Positions 30,714 through 42,023 of a stretch of DNA of 64,000 bases are shown here, one piece after another. The stretch spans positions 480,001 to 544,000 of the forward strand of contig CAXXVS010000003.1 in NCBI GenBank assembly GCA_963674755.2, in the 5' to 3' direction. This stretch comes from Desulfobacterales bacterium. Its GTDB lineage: Bacteria; Desulfobacterota; Desulfobacteria; Desulfobacterales; UBA5852. A model generated the notes under the pieces. The model ran no database searches. It was not told the origin of the DNA and saw nothing but the letters and a program-made list of their open reading frames with translations. The position numbers and the translations under genes were made by a program. Each line of letters begins with the position of its first letter. Position 1 is the stretch's first letter.

Positions 30714-32645
30714 ATGACCAGTAAACGCAATATCTATCTCAAGATGAAACCGTTGGAAACCGCGCGAGACCTTGTGTTCAAGCACTTTCCGGCGCCCTCG
30801 CCCCCCATCACGGAAACGGTGCCGGTACCGGAAGCCGTGGGGCGCGTGCTGGCGGCCCCTGTGTTTGCCCGCTTGTCTTCACCAAACTTTCATTCGGCCG
30901 CCATGGACGGAATTGCGGTTCAAGCCGAGCAGACCTTTGGCGCCAGCGAAACCAGCCCGCGTCAGCTGCAGATCGACCGGGAGGCTTTTTTTGTCAATAC
31001 CGGCCATGTCCTGCCGGTCGATACCAACGCCGTCATCATGATCGAACATGTCAACGATCTCGGTGACGGGCGGATGGAAATCGAAGCCCCGGCCTTCCCA
31101 TGGCAGAATGTGCGCCGCATGGGCGAGGACATCGTCGCCACCGAACTCCTATTCCCCCGTAACCATGTGATGACACCCTATTGTATCGGGGCGCTGCTTT
31201 CCGGCGGGATTTTTGACGTCGAGGTGCACGCGCGACCCAGGGTACGGATCATTCCGACGGGATCGGAGCTTGTGAGCTGGCGATCGCCCCAGGCCCGGCA
31301 ACTGCAGCCGGGACAAGTGCTGGAGACCAATTCCTACGTCCTGGGGGAGCTGGTCAAGGCGGCCGGCGGCTGTTTCGAGCGCGACGCTATTATCGTCGAT
31401 GACCCGGAAATGATCCGTCAGGCGGTGGAAGAGGCCGTGCAGGGCGACTTTGACATGGTTCTGACGGTGGGGGGGTCTTCGGCCGGATCGGAGGATCATG
31501 CCAAGCGCGTGGTGGCCGAGTTGGGTGAGATCCTGGTGCACGGCGTGACCATGATGCCCGGCAAACCCCTTCTGGTGGGAGACGTCGCCGGCAAACCCGT
31601 CTTCGGCATTCCCGGCTACCCTGTTTCGGCCATCATCGCGTTCGAGCAGTTTGTCCGACCGCTGCTGCGGCGCTATATGGCGCAGCCCGATGCCAAGCCG
31701 CAAATCCTGTCGGTGGAGACGGCCCGCAAAATTCCCTCCAAACTGGGCACCGAAGAATTCCTGCGGGTGAAACTGGGCCGAGTGGGACCGCGGGTGGTGG
31801 CTGCGCCCCTGCCCCGTGGCGCCGGCTGCATCACTTCCATCACCGAGGCCGATGGGATTATTAGAATTCCCCGTAATGTTGAAGGGTTGCGCGAAGGTGA
31901 ACAGACGGTGGCGGAACTGCTGCGACCGGCCGAGGCGATTGACAAGACCATTATGATCGTCGGCAGCCACGATAACAGCCTGGATATTCTGGCCGATGAA
32001 ATCCGGCGGGGGGCATCAGGCCTCACCCTGTCGTCGAGCCATGTGGGCAGCATGGGCGGGCTGATGGCCATCAAACGCGGGGTTTGTCACCTCGCCGGAT
32101 CCCATTTGCTCGACACCGATGATGGCTCTTACAACAGCTCCTATATTCGCAAATATCTGCCGGGAAGGGACGTCCGTCTGGTGCATCTGGTCATGCGGGA
32201 TCAGGGGCTTATTCTGCCGAAGGGCAACCCCAAAGGCATCGCCGGCCTGGAAGATCTCGTGCGGTCGGAAGTGCGCTTCATCAATCGGCAGAACGGGGCG
32301 GGAACCCGCATCCTGCTGGACTTCCAACTGAAAGCGCTGGGGATCGATCCCGCGGTTATCAACGGGTATGCCGACGAGGAATTTACCCACATGGCCGTGG
32401 CCGTGGCCGTGCTCAGCGGTACGGCCGATGTCGGCCTGGGCATCCAGGCGGCGGCCCAAGCCCTGGCGTTGGACTTTATTCCGGTGGTTACCGAGCAATA
32501 CGATCTGGTAATCCCGGGAGAATTCTTTGATGATGCCGGTATCCAGGTTCTTTTGGAAACCATCCGCAGTGACCGCTTCAAGCAGCGCGTTCAGGCGCTG
32601 GGAGGGTATGGGACCGAGAGGACGGGGCAAATCCTGGAGGTGTGA
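30714..32645 (+). CDS. moeA: MoeA fused to C-terminal PBP (molybdate/tungstate-binding-like) domain
   Basis: AMDG, PTGSE, PGKP, PGYP; then GSHD, GSMGG, NRQ.G.GTR. Confidence 0.92.
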   Translation: MTSKRNIYLKMKPLETARDLVFKHFPAPSPPITETVPVPEAVGRVLAAPVFARLSSPNFHSAAMDGIAVQAEQTFGASETSPRQLQIDREAFFVNTGHVLPVDTNAVIMIEHVNDLGDGRMEIEAPAFPWQNVRRMGEDIVATELLFPRNHVMTPYCIGALLSGGIFDVEVHARPRVRIIPTGSELVSWRSPQARQLQPGQVLETNSYVLGELVKAAGGCFERDAIIVDDPEMIRQAVEEAVQGDFDMVLTVGGSSAGSEDHAKRVVAELGEILVHGVTMMPGKPLLVGDVAGKPVFGIPGYPVSAIIAFEQFVRPLLRRYMAQPDAKPQILSVETARKIPSKLGTEEFLRVKLGRVGPRVVAAPLPRGAGCITSITEADGIIRIPRNVEGLREGEQTVAELLRPAEAIDKTIMIVGSHDNSLDILADEIRRGASGLTLSSSHVGSMGGLMAIKRGVCHLAGSHLLDTDDGSYNSSYIRKYLPGRDVRLVHLVMRDQGLILPKGNPKGIAGLEDLVRSEVRFINRQNGAGTRILLDFQLKALGIDPAVINGYADEEFTHMAVAVAVLSGTADVGLGIQAAAQALALDFIPVVTEQYDLVIPGEFFDDAGIQVLLETIRSDRFKQRVQALGGYGTERTGQILEV

Positions 32646-32649
32646 GGCC

Positions 32650-33012
32650 TCAGTTAAGATCTTCTTCCGCAATACCGGCCGGTGCGGATTTGGCCACCTT
32701 CAAGGGTTGCGCGCCTGGGCAGCGGTAGGCCTGGGCCGCGGCGGCCACACTATAGGTGTGCAGCCAAACGAGGTGGGTGGCGCCCGCCATCGCGGCCCGC
32801 TGCATGACCCGCTGTTTAACGCCGGTGGTGTCGGCATAGTGCTTGAGGACACCACCGTCTTCCCGACCGGGGTTGGATGTTTCGGCGAAGGTGCCGATGC
32901 ACTCACACTCCGACATCAGGGCGGCATCGGTTTCTACTAGCCCATAAAAGCGGGCACAGCCGGTCAGGACCATGAATGCGGCCGCAAGGGCCGCTAACGC
33001 AAAGCGGAGCAT
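32650..33012 (-). CDS. Putative small lipoprotein
   Basis: Signal peptide with lipobox LTGC; A...GATH motif and YRC. Confidence 0.65.
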   Translation of the reverse strand: MLRFALAALAAAFMVLTGCARFYGLVETDAALMSECECIGTFAETSNPGREDGGVLKHYADTTGVKQRVMQRAAMAGATHLVWLHTYSVAAAAQAYRCPGAQPLKVAKSAPAGIAEEDLN

Positions 33013-33107
33013 TCTCTTTTCCTTTCCAATCCTTATAAACATTGCGAACGCATGGGACCTTCATGGATTATCGGCAGCTGGCCGCCAAACTTTAATCTTG
33101 GAGTGCC

Positions 33108-33701
33108 ATGGAAGGAACACGGCCATTGAATATTTTGAATACCCGCAAACTGACGGACTTACCTTTTCTTAACCTTTTCCGCACCCGTTACGAAGATCGC
33201 CACGGCGATCCGAAGGCCTGGATTTTTGCTTCCCGGCAGGACCCCCCGCGCCTTGTATCCGAAGAATGGTATGTTCCGGATGCGGTGGTCATCGTCCCCT
33301 ATCACGTCGCCCGGCGCAACATGGTGATTATCGAGGAGTTTCGTGTGGCGATAGGGGGTTACCAATACGGGTTCCCGGCCGGTCTGGTGGATGCCGGCGA
33401 AACGATCGAGACCACCTGCCGCCGTGAGCTTTTGGAGGAGACCGGCCTTACGCTTGGCCGCATCCTGCGGCAGAGCCCGCCGGTGCTGTCATCGTCCGGG
33501 ATTACGGACGAAACCGTCGCCATGGTGTTCGTGGAGTGCGACGGCACACCGAGCAATCGGGCCAACGAAGGATCCGAGGATATTCGCACACTGTTCGTTG
33601 GGCGGCAGGAAGCCCAAACCATCTGTGCGGCGGCGGATCGACGTATGGACGTCAAGACCTGGATCGTGCTGTCGGCCTATGCCCAGTTCGGGGTCATCTG
33701 A
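33108..33701 (+). CDS. NUDIX hydrolase (ADP-ribose pyrophosphatase-like)
   Basis: PAGLVDAGE......RELLEETGL Nudix box. Confidence 0.92.
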   Translation: MEGTRPLNILNTRKLTDLPFLNLFRTRYEDRHGDPKAWIFASRQDPPRLVSEEWYVPDAVVIVPYHVARRNMVIIEEFRVAIGGYQYGFPAGLVDAGETIETTCRRELLEETGLTLGRILRQSPPVLSSSGITDETVAMVFVECDGTPSNRANEGSEDIRTLFVGRQEAQTICAAADRRMDVKTWIVLSAYAQFGVI

Positions 33702-33823
33702 ACGGTTGGCCGTCGATTCCTGCTCCGGTTGACTTTTCACAGGGGGCAGTTATTATTCCATCAATGCGGGCAACGCTGGTTGTTCGGCCGTTAAAAAGTC
33801 ATGGCATGGGTTCTGCGAGGCGT

Positions 33824-34585
33824 ATGCGTTTTCTCCTTTATAATATTCGATATGGCGCCGGTACCGGCTGGAAAATTCATTTTCCGGTGCCTTTCAGCGG
33901 CTATCTCCGGCATACGAGTGATAATTTCCGCCAGATCACCGAGTTTATCCGGTCGGTCAACCCGGACATTACCGGCCTGATCGAGGTGGACAGCGGGTCT
34001 TTTCGATCCCATCGCAACAATCAGGCCCGGCTGGTGGCCGAAGAAATTCAGCACCATCACGTCTTCGGCAACAAATACAGCGGGCGCTCCATGGTGCGCA
34101 AACTGCCTTTGTTCAATAAACAGGGCAACGCCTTCCTGACCAATCAAGATGTCCGCAACTTGCGTTTTCATTATTTCAACCGCGGTTTCAAGCGCCTGGT
34201 TATCGAGGCCGAACTGGAGGAGTTCACCACCTTTGTGGTGCATCTCTCCCTGCATTACCGCCATCGCCAGGAGCAATTGCGGGATCTCTATCAATTGGTT
34301 CGCCGGTCCGGCAAACCGGTGATTGTGGCGGGGGATTTCAATGTGTTCCGCGGAGAAAGCGAGCTCACCCACTTTTTAGGGGCGAGCGGCCTGCTGAACG
34401 CCAACGCCGCCGGTCACCCCTCCCATCCCAGTCGGGCGCCGCGACGTCAATTGGATTTCATCTTGCACAGTCCGGGGATCGAGGCCCATGGATTCGAGGC
34501 GCCCCAGGTCCCCTTTTCCGATCATATCCCATTGATCTGGGATTTTGAAATTCGCCATTACAGCGGTATCGCCCGTGCGGCTTAG
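33824..34585 (+). CDS. Endonuclease/exonuclease/phosphatase family protein
   Basis: LLYNI, GLIEVD, HLSL, AGDFN, LDFI, SDH.P; start at ATG 33824. Confidence 0.9.
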   Translation: MRFLLYNIRYGAGTGWKIHFPVPFSGYLRHTSDNFRQITEFIRSVNPDITGLIEVDSGSFRSHRNNQARLVAEEIQHHHVFGNKYSGRSMVRKLPLFNKQGNAFLTNQDVRNLRFHYFNRGFKRLVIEAELEEFTTFVVHLSLHYRHRQEQLRDLYQLVRRSGKPVIVAGDFNVFRGESELTHFLGASGLLNANAAGHPSHPSRAPRRQLDFILHSPGIEAHGFEAPQVPFSDHIPLIWDFEIRHYSGIARAA

Positions 34586-34642
34586 GCCACAAGGTGTTCC
34601 CTGTGAGCGGGAATCCACCCGCAATATATAAGGAGGTTGGCC

Positions 34643-35206
34643 ATGGGAGCACAGATTCGTTGCCGCCGGTTAGGGCGTGTGGCCGGGATTGCCGCGGGGC
34701 TGTTCTTTATGGGGTGGGCCATGCTCGGCTGTGCTTCCGGTGTGTCGGAGGCCTCCCGCGCCATGGTGACTTACAAGGGGTCTTTTCAGGAATTGCAGGC
34801 CGCACCGGACCAGCATCGCGGTCAGGTTGTCATGTTTGGCGGACGGATTGTGGAAACAGCCCCCTCGAAGACCGGGACCGAGATCACGGTTCTTCAGTTG
34901 CCCCTGGGAATCTCGGATAAGCCCGCCCTCGACAAGCCTTCGGAAGGACGGTTTCTCATTGCGTCACCGGAATTTCTCGACCCGGCCGCCTATCCGAAAC
35001 TGACCCTCATTACCGTCGTCGGCGAGGTCACCGGTCATACGGTTCGGCCGGTGGGGGAGTATCCCTATGACCTGCCTGTTCTTCGGCCCATCGAAATCAA
35101 GCAATGGACAAGCAGTGATTGGGGAGGCGGTGGCGGGCCGGCGGTGAATGTGGGCATTGGCGCCGGCAGCCATGGCGGCGGCGCGGGCTTCGGCATTTCG
35201 TTCTAG
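34643..35206 (+). CDS. Slp family outer-membrane lipoprotein
   Basis: AAGGAGG RBS; lipobox LGC; FGGRI, GRF....FLDP..Y, ITVVG. Confidence 0.88.
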   Translation: MGAQIRCRRLGRVAGIAAGLFFMGWAMLGCASGVSEASRAMVTYKGSFQELQAAPDQHRGQVVMFGGRIVETAPSKTGTEITVLQLPLGISDKPALDKPSEGRFLIASPEFLDPAAYPKLTLITVVGEVTGHTVRPVGEYPYDLPVLRPIEIKQWTSSDWGGGGGPAVNVGIGAGSHGGGAGFGISF

Positions 35207-35221
35207 ACTTGAAGCCTTGAG

Positions 35222-35518
35222 CTAATCAGCGTCGGAGCCGTTGTTGATGCGATCCCGTAGCGCTTTGCCGACTTTAAAATTCGGCAGCCGTTTGGGCGAA
35301 ACGGACACCGCGGCACCGGTTTTCGGGTTGCGGCCGGTATAGCCGTCGTAGCGTTTGACTTTGAATGTACCGAAACCACGGATATCGACGCGATCGTCGC
35401 TTGCCAGTGACTCCGACATACTCTCAAAGATGACGTCCACGACTTGCTTGGCTTTTTTTTGGGACAAGCCCTCTTCCTGAGCGATAAGTCGGTTCAGTTG
35501 CTCACCCGTCAACTGCAT
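35222..35518 (-). CDS. HU/IHF family DNA-binding protein (IHF beta-like)
   Basis: IRGFGTF and GRNPKTG motifs. Confidence 0.92.
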   Translation of the reverse strand: MQLTGEQLNRLIAQEEGLSQKKAKQVVDVIFESMSESLASDDRVDIRGFGTFKVKRYDGYTGRNPKTGAAVSVSPKRLPNFKVGKALRDRINNGSDAD

Positions 35519-35738
35519 TTCTCATTCCTCCAACCTGATCTGCGCTTTTGGCCTGGCTGCCATTCCGGCAACGGAATTATCGAATAATGCCTGTCAGTAA
35601 CGATAATTGTTAATCGAATCGAAGGAGGATTACAATACGGTAAAATAAAGGTCATAATACGTAGTTAAATAGAGTATTGAGGCCGATACAAATGGGGATC
35701 GGGCGCTGATCGATTTTCAGCCCGCCGGAGGGAACAGC

Positions 35739-35783
35739 AAAAAAGAAGGGCAGCCGCCTAAAGAACAGCGGCTACCCTTCTTT
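35739..35783 (-). terminator. Intrinsic terminator after glnA
   Basis: AAAGAAGGGCAGCCGC...GCGGCTACCCTTCTTT stem with a T-run on the minus strand. Confidence 0.8.
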
Positions 35784-35832
35784 CCGGGGAGAAGCGGTCT
35801 GCGATATGGGATCGCAGACCACCTTGGGTTGT

Positions 35833-37245
35833 TTAGATATCGAAATACAGGAAGAACTCGTGGGGATGCGGTCTCAGGTTGACATCGTTGACCTCGTTGG
35901 CCGTTTTATATTCGATCCAGGTATCGATGACGTCCTGGGTGAACACATCGCCTTTGAGCAGGAAGGCATGGTCATCGGCCAGCGCGGCCAGGGCTTCCTG
36001 CAGTGATCCCGGCGCGGAAGGCACGTCGGCCAATTCTTCAGGCGACATGCCGTAGATGTCCTTGTCCAGGGGGTCACCGGGGTGGAGTTTGTTTTCGATG
36101 CCGTCCAGGGCCGCCATGAGCATGGCCGAGAACGCCAGGTAGCCGTTGCAGGACGGATCAGGTGTACGGAATTCGATGCGTTTGGCCTTGGGCGAGGCGG
36201 AATACATCGGGATACGGACCGAAGCACTGCGGTTGCGGCTGGAGTAGGCTAGGTTCACCGGCGCCTCGAAGCCGGGCACGAGCCGCTTGTAGGAGTTGGT
36301 GGTGGGGTTGGTAAACGCGCACAGGGCCCGGGCATGTTTCAGGATGCCGCCGATGGCGTAAAGGGCGGTATCGGAAACGCCGGCATAGCCGTCACCGGCA
36401 AAGGTGGGTTCGCCATCCTTCCAAATGCTGAGGTGGGTGTGCATGCCGGTGCCGTTGTCTTCAAAAAGCGGTTTGGGCATGAAGGTCACCGTATACCCGT
36501 TGCGGGTCGCCACGTTTTTCAGAACATACTTGAACCACATGAGTTGGTCGCCCATTAGCAGCAGCGGCTGGAAGCGCATGTCGATTTCCGATTGCCCGGC
36601 GGTAGCAACTTCATGGTGCTGGCATTCCACGGCAATGCCGAGTTCTTCCAAAACCAGCAGCATCTCGGTCCGTAGGTCCTGGAACTTATCCATTGGCGGA
36701 ACGGGAAAATAACCCTGTTTGTGGCGGGGCTTGTAACCCAGGTTAGGGCCCTCGTCACGGCCGGTGTTCCAGATGCCCTCAATCGAGTCGATTTCGTAGA
36801 AGGACCGGTGGCGGGAAGATTCGAAGCGAATTTCATCGAAAATGAAAAATTCCGCTTCCGGTCCAATAAAAGCCGTGTCGCCGATGCCAGTGCTCTTGAG
36901 GTAGGCTTCGGCCTTTTGGGCGATGTAGCGCGGATCCCGGGTGTAGGATTCCCGCGTCACAGGATCGACGATGTTCCCGATCAGGACAAGAGTCTCCGCC
37001 TCGAAAAAGGGATCCATTTTGGCCGTGGTCGGATCGGGAATGACAAGCATATCGCTGGCGTTGATAGGCTGCCAGCCGCGGATGCTGGAACCGTCAAAAC
37101 CGAACCCGTCCTCGAAGCTGGACTCGTCCAGTTCACACATAGGGACCGTAAAATGCTGCCACACGCCCGGGAAATCCAGAAAGCGGATATCCACAACCTT
37201 GGCGCCCTTTTCCTTTGCAAAAGCCAATACTTCTTTGGGTGTCAT
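35833..37245 (-). CDS. glnA: Glutamine synthetase type I
   Basis: [42 protein letters not shown]; adenylylation-site Tyr in DKDIY. Confidence 0.98.
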   Translation of the reverse strand: MTPKEVLAFAKEKGAKVVDIRFLDFPGVWQHFTVPMCELDESSFEDGFGFDGSSIRGWQPINASDMLVIPDPTTAKMDPFFEAETLVLIGNIVDPVTRESYTRDPRYIAQKAEAYLKSTGIGDTAFIGPEAEFFIFDEIRFESSRHRSFYEIDSIEGIWNTGRDEGPNLGYKPRHKQGYFPVPPMDKFQDLRTEMLLVLEELGIAVECQHHEVATAGQSEIDMRFQPLLLMGDQLMWFKYVLKNVATRNGYTVTFMPKPLFEDNGTGMHTHLSIWKDGEPTFAGDGYAGVSDTALYAIGGILKHARALCAFTNPTTNSYKRLVPGFEAPVNLAYSSRNRSASVRIPMYSASPKAKRIEFRTPDPSCNGYLAFSAMLMAALDGIENKLHPGDPLDKDIYGMSPEELADVPSAPGSLQEALAALADDHAFLLKGDVFTQDVIDTWIEYKTANEVNDVNLRPHPHEFFLYFDI

Positions 37246-37356
37246 AATGCTCCTCCTTGTTGAGTCATAAAGTGTAAACTTGCTTCACATGCGGCAAACC
37301 TAAACCCATCAATGATGAAAATCGAATATCGCGAAGCACCTGATACAAACAACATC

Positions 37357-37713
<357 letters not shown>

Positions 37714-37748
37714 TCAGTTGGACCGGCCGGATTCGGCCGGTCGAAGCG

Positions 37749-39044
37749 TTAGACATTTTGAATTTCAAAGGCGCGCTCGCCATGCTGGGCATTGTCCAAG
37801 CCGGCCACCTCCTCGTCCTGATCAACGCGCAAGCCCCCGGTAATCAGTTTTGTAAGATAGGCGACGATCAATGTTCCCACGGCGGAAAAGGCAGCCGTAC
37901 CGAGGATCGAAAGAAATTGTACCCACAATTGTCCGGGGTTGCCGTAAAACAGGCCTTGGGCGCCCTCGGTGACGGCAGGATTGGCAAACAGGCCGGTGGC
38001 CAAAGCCCCCCATATGCCGCATAACCCATGGACGCCGAAGGCATCCAGAGAATCATCATAGCCCAGCATGTTTTTAAGTTTGGAAACACTGATATAGCCG
38101 AGCAGCCCGGCCAGAAGACCGATCAGGAGCGATGCCGGCATGTTTACAAAACCGGCCGCCGGTGTAATGGCCACCAATCCGGCCACGACACCGGAGGCCA
38201 GACCGAGCACCGTCGGTTTGCGCGTGACAAACCATTCCGCCCCCATCCAGGCCAGGGCTCCCATGGCGGCGGAAGTGTTGGTGACCAGAAAGGCCGAGCC
38301 TGCTACGCCGTCGGCGGCCAGTTCGCTGCCGGCGTTAAAGCCGAACCATCCGAACCAGAGCAAGGCCGCGCCCAGGGCCGTGAGGGAGATGCTGGAAGGA
38401 AACATGGCTTCCTTACCATATCCAATGCGTTTACCCACCACAAGGGAGAGTACCAGGCCGGCGACGCCGGCATTGATGTGGACCACGGTGCCGCCGGCAA
38501 AATCCAGGGCTCCCATGGCACCCATCCAGCCGCCGCCCCAGGCCCAATGGGCAACAGGCGAATAAACGAAGGTCAGCCATAGGGCTGCAAAAACGATCCA
38601 GGACGAAAATTTCATCCGGTCGACGATGGAGCCCAGCACCAAGGCTACCGTGATGCCGGCAAAGGTCATCTGGAAGAGCAGAAAAACATAGGTCGGAATG
38701 GTGCCCGAAAGGCTTTCCGCGCCAATGCCGTTGAGAAAGAGAAAGTCCAGACCGCCCACCAGCCCGGCCTGGCTGGGGCCGAAGGCCAGGGTATAACCCC
38801 ACATGACCCAGATGACGCTTCCCAGGCAATAGGCCACCATGGTCATGGCAATGGTATTGAGCAGGTTTTTGTAGCGGGACATGCCGCCATAGAAAAGCGC
38901 CAGTCCGGCCGGGGTCATCATCATGACCAGGGCCGTGGCAACGATCATCCAGGCGGTATCCCCGGTGTCGAGGCCGTCGGCGGCCAGCGCCGCCGCAGGT
39001 GCGGCCAATACGATAGCAAGAGCACTAAGCAGTTTTCTTGTCAT
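37749..39044 (-). CDS. amtB: Ammonium transporter
   Basis: GLALFYGG, FQMTFA, DFAGGTVVH, WFGWFGFNAGS, DD...FGVH. Confidence 0.96.
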   Translation of the reverse strand: MTRKLLSALAIVLAAPAAALAADGLDTGDTAWMIVATALVMMMTPAGLALFYGGMSRYKNLLNTIAMTMVAYCLGSVIWVMWGYTLAFGPSQAGLVGGLDFLFLNGIGAESLSGTIPTYVFLLFQMTFAGITVALVLGSIVDRMKFSSWIVFAALWLTFVYSPVAHWAWGGGWMGAMGALDFAGGTVVHINAGVAGLVLSLVVGKRIGYGKEAMFPSSISLTALGAALLWFGWFGFNAGSELAADGVAGSAFLVTNTSAAMGALAWMGAEWFVTRKPTVLGLASGVVAGLVAITPAAGFVNMPASLLIGLLAGLLGYISVSKLKNMLGYDDSLDAFGVHGLCGIWGALATGLFANPAVTEGAQGLFYGNPGQLWVQFLSILGTAAFSAVGTLIVAYLTKLITGGLRVDQDEEVAGLDNAQHGERAFEIQNV

Positions 39045-41694
39045 GGGTTTCACGTTCCTCTCCGCGGTTGTCGGTGTCCGTATCGTTTTCAGGCGGCAGG
39101 GCCGCCTGAATGGTCGTTTTAATGCGTTCCACCTGCCGGGGGTCGTCGACTTTCTGGCCGTCGAAATCCCGAACGTAGAAAACGTCCACCACCTGATCGA
39201 CGTTGGTGGCAATCTTGGCCACCCATACGTCGAGTTGGCAGCGAAACAGGGCATCCGTAATGCGAAAGAGCAGGCCGGGAAAATCTTCCGCAAAGACTTC
39301 GACGATGGTGAAAAAGCTGGAAGTGGTATTGTCGATTTTGATGCGCTGCGGGCGGTCCATGGCGGCCGGCCGCGGTGAGCGGTAGGCCCTCATGCGGGAC
39401 TGTAGCCGTGCGGACAAATCCAGCTCACCTTCCAGAGCCCGGAGCAGATGCTGGTGGGTGCGGTCCCATTTATCCGTTTCAAAAATCGGGTCGGGAGGCG
39501 GTTGCACCTTGAAAATATCCAGGGCGATATTGTTGCGCCAGGTAAAGATCTGGGCATCCAGGATGTTGATCTTGTTCAGCGTAAACACGCCTGCAATACG
39601 CGAGAAAAGACCCGGCTGGTCTTTGGCGCACAAAGTAACGATGCGCGTATTGGAGGTCATGGAAGGTTCGATTTCCCAGACAAAGCGTTCTTCGCCCAAG
39701 GTCCGATAGAGCCGGATATGCTCCTGAATGACCTCCGGCGGAACATTCTGCAGGTAACGCGGCGAGAGAATACTAAAAAGGGCTTCCACCTCCTTTTGCC
39801 GGCGCTTGGGGGTATGGGCCAGCAGGGCCTCGTGTTTGCGCTCCAAATCGGCAACGGCCTCACGCGAAGCCAGTTCGCCCTTTTCAAGCAAGTTGAGCAC
39901 TTTCAGGAAAAGGTCTTTCAACAGGGCCGCCGACCAGCTGTTCCAGGCCTTGGGGCCGGTGGCCATGGAATCGGCCACCGTGAGCAGGTAGAGCATCTTG
40001 AGGCGATCGACGTCGTTGATGCGGCGGGCGCAGTAAAGCGCTGTTTCTTCGTCGTTGATGTCGCGCCGGGCAGCGGTCTTGGCCAGCAGCAGATGCTCCC
40101 GCACCAGGAAGGCCGCGGTATCGACCGCCGCCGGCGGATAGCCTTTTTCGGTCAGAATGCTCTTTGCGAGGACTTCGCCCTTCTCGGAATGATGGCCCCC
40201 GGGTTGACCCTTGCCGATGTCATGCAGAAGCGCTGCCCAGAGCAATAGTTTGCGCTGTTTGAGGTCGTCATAGATCCGGCAAGCCAGATCGTCTGACCGG
40301 TCGTCGGAGGCGTCCGCAAATTGTTTAAGGGTTTTTACGGTGCGCAACAGGTGCCGATCGACAGGGTAAATGTGATATTCATCATATTGAATGCAGTTGA
40401 TGACGGCGTGGAATTCGGGGATGAAGCGCTCCAGAAGCCCGGCTTGAAGCATGGCATTGAGCACGTTGAAGGTCGGCGCCGGCGCCTGGAGAATTTTTTC
40501 GAAGGATTTCACGGCAACGCGCGAGTTGCGCAATTCTGCGTCGCAAAGATGTCCGAACTCGCGCACGATGCGAAGGGCTTCCACCCCCAAGGGCAGGCGC
40601 AGTCGGGCGCTTTCCTCGAAAATTTGCATCAACAGCAGGGGGAATTCCGACACGAGGCGTGCGGATTCAAACTGCAACGCATCCTTCACGATGACAATGC
40701 CGTCGATTTTGGTAACTTTGGCACGGCGTCGGAAGCGGCGTATCCGTTTCTCATACCCCTGTTCAAACAGGAACATGAGGTGCTGCTGCTTGATGAATTC
40801 CATCTGGCCGTGGAGATCCCCCAGGAAGCATTCCACCGGCTGTTGGCCATTCACCTTGCGGTAGCCCAGTGCTTTGGCGAGTTTGAGCTGATTCTCAAAA
40901 TGCAGCTGGTCGTATTTGCGGCCGTTGAGCAGGTGCAGCCGATTGCGCACATTGTTGATAAAGGCCAGGGCGTCCTCCAACTGGCCGTATTCCTCGTGGG
41001 ACAGGAAACCGAGATATTCCAGATCGCGGGCCTGGGTCAGGCCGGCCTTGATGCGGGCGATCCAGAGCATGGTATGGTAATCGCGCAGCCCCCCCTGGCC
41101 CTCCTTGAGATTGGGTTCCAGGAGATAGGCTGAATCGCCGAACCGTTCGTGGCGGGCCTGGTTGGACTCCACCAGCCAGTCGACCACCTTGCGGGCATGC
41201 CGCAGGACCACTTTCTGGCGCAGCTGTTGGGTGAGGGACGTATAGAGCCGGGACATGCCGCAAACAAAGCGGGCGTCGAGCAGCGGTGTCATAATTTCAT
41301 AATCTTTACCGGCCAGAGAAAGACATTCTTTCAATGATCGGGTGGCGTGTCCCACATCCAGGCCGATGTCCCACAGAGGATAGACAATTTCCCGGATTAG
41401 CCCCTCGGCGGCATCCGGGACCCGTTTTTCAAACAGAATCAACAGGTCCACATCGGAGTGCACGCACTGGTCGCTGCGGCCATACCCGCCCAGAGCGATA
41501 ATGGCATAGGGATTGCGGGTGATGTTCATGCGCGGGCCGATGGCGCTGGTTTCGAAGCTGGTGCGGAAGTACTCGTCCACAAGCCCCGCCATGGCATGCA
41601 TGAACGCCGGCGCAGCCGTTCGCGGTAGTTCGCGGATCAGGCGGTTGCGGCCCGTTTCGAGAACTTTGGCCGCATTTGGTTCGGAATTTGCCAT
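39025..41694 (-). CDS. glnD: [Protein-PII] uridylyltransferase
   Basis: GGYGR..SDVDL, EPNLKEG.GGLRD, LLHDIGKG, two ACT domains. Start moved to ATG 41694. Confidence 0.95.
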   Translation of the reverse strand: MANSEPNAAKVLETGRNRLIRELPRTAAPAFMHAMAGLVDEYFRTSFETSAIGPRMNITRNPYAIIALGGYGRSDQCVHSDVDLLILFEKRVPDAAEGLIREIVYPLWDIGLDVGHATRSLKECLSLAGKDYEIMTPLLDARFVCGMSRLYTSLTQQLRQKVVLRHARKVVDWLVESNQARHERFGDSAYLLEPNLKEGQGGLRDYHTMLWIARIKAGLTQARDLEYLGFLSHEEYGQLEDALAFINNVRNRLHLLNGRKYDQLHFENQLKLAKALGYRKVNGQQPVECFLGDLHGQMEFIKQQHLMFLFEQGYEKRIRRFRRRAKVTKIDGIVIVKDALQFESARLVSEFPLLLMQIFEESARLRLPLGVEALRIVREFGHLCDAELRNSRVAVKSFEKILQAPAPTFNVLNAMLQAGLLERFIPEFHAVINCIQYDEYHIYPVDRHLLRTVKTLKQFADASDDRSDDLACRIYDDLKQRKLLLWAALLHDIGKGQPGGHHSEKGEVLAKSILTEKGYPPAAVDTAAFLVREHLLLAKTAARRDINDEETALYCARRINDVDRLKMLYLLTVADSMATGPKAWNSWSAALLKDLFLKVLNLLEKGELASREAVADLERKHEALLAHTPKRRQKEVEALFSILSPRYLQNVPPEVIQEHIRLYRTLGEERFVWEIEPSMTSNTRIVTLCAKDQPGLFSRIAGVFTLNKINILDAQIFTWRNNIALDIFKVQPPPDPIFETDKWDRTHQHLLRALEGELDLSARLQSRMRAYRSPRPAAMDRPQRIKIDNTTSSFFTIVEVFAEDFPGLLFRITDALFRCQLDVWVAKIATNVDQVVDVFYVRDFDGQKVDDPRQVERIKTTIQAALPPENDTDTDNRGEERETHDKKTA

Positions 41695-41740
41695 TTTTAC
41701 CTTTGGAGGTCTTATCGTGATAGACTGTATGTGGGCTTTG

Positions 41741-41756
41741 AGCAATTGTTGTGCCA
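41741..41756 (-). promoter_or_regulatory. Sigma54 promoter of glnD-amtB-glnB-glnA
   Basis: TGGCACAACAATTGCT. Confidence 0.8.
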
Positions 41757-41834
41757 TGGGCCGCTGTAGTCAACTATAATAATAATTACAGGCAGATATG
41801 ATGATAAGCCACAATACGTTAAAAACCTTCAAAT

Positions 41835-41878
41835 TACATTTATGTCTCGAAACGGCCCCATCAAATTACAAAAATGTA
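41835..41878. promoter_or_regulatory. Paired putative enhancer (bEBP) sites
   Basis: TACATTTATGTC (41835) and TACAAAAATGTA (41867). Confidence 0.65.
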
Positions 41879-42023
41879 TCCTTCTTCCTTAATTAAACGG
41901 TTTTTTCGGTGTGCCGTGAGGTGTGTGACGGGGAGCGCCCGGCTGGAGCCGCACGCGGGGAGTAAAGGTGTTAAGGCGGCCAGGCCCTTGTTTCGCAGGT
42001 GAGCGCGGGCCTGGTAAGAAAGG

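Noticed and set aside
37246..37356. Glutamine riboswitch or sRNA target site in the glnB-glnA spacer
   Set aside because: No riboswitch fold recognised. The TTAGGTT and AAGGAGGA complementarities to the candidate sRNA are too short to claim without computation.
41695..41757. N-terminal extension of GlnD in the ORF track (MAQQLL...)
   Set aside because: It overlaps the sigma54 promoter itself; ATG 41694 fits better.
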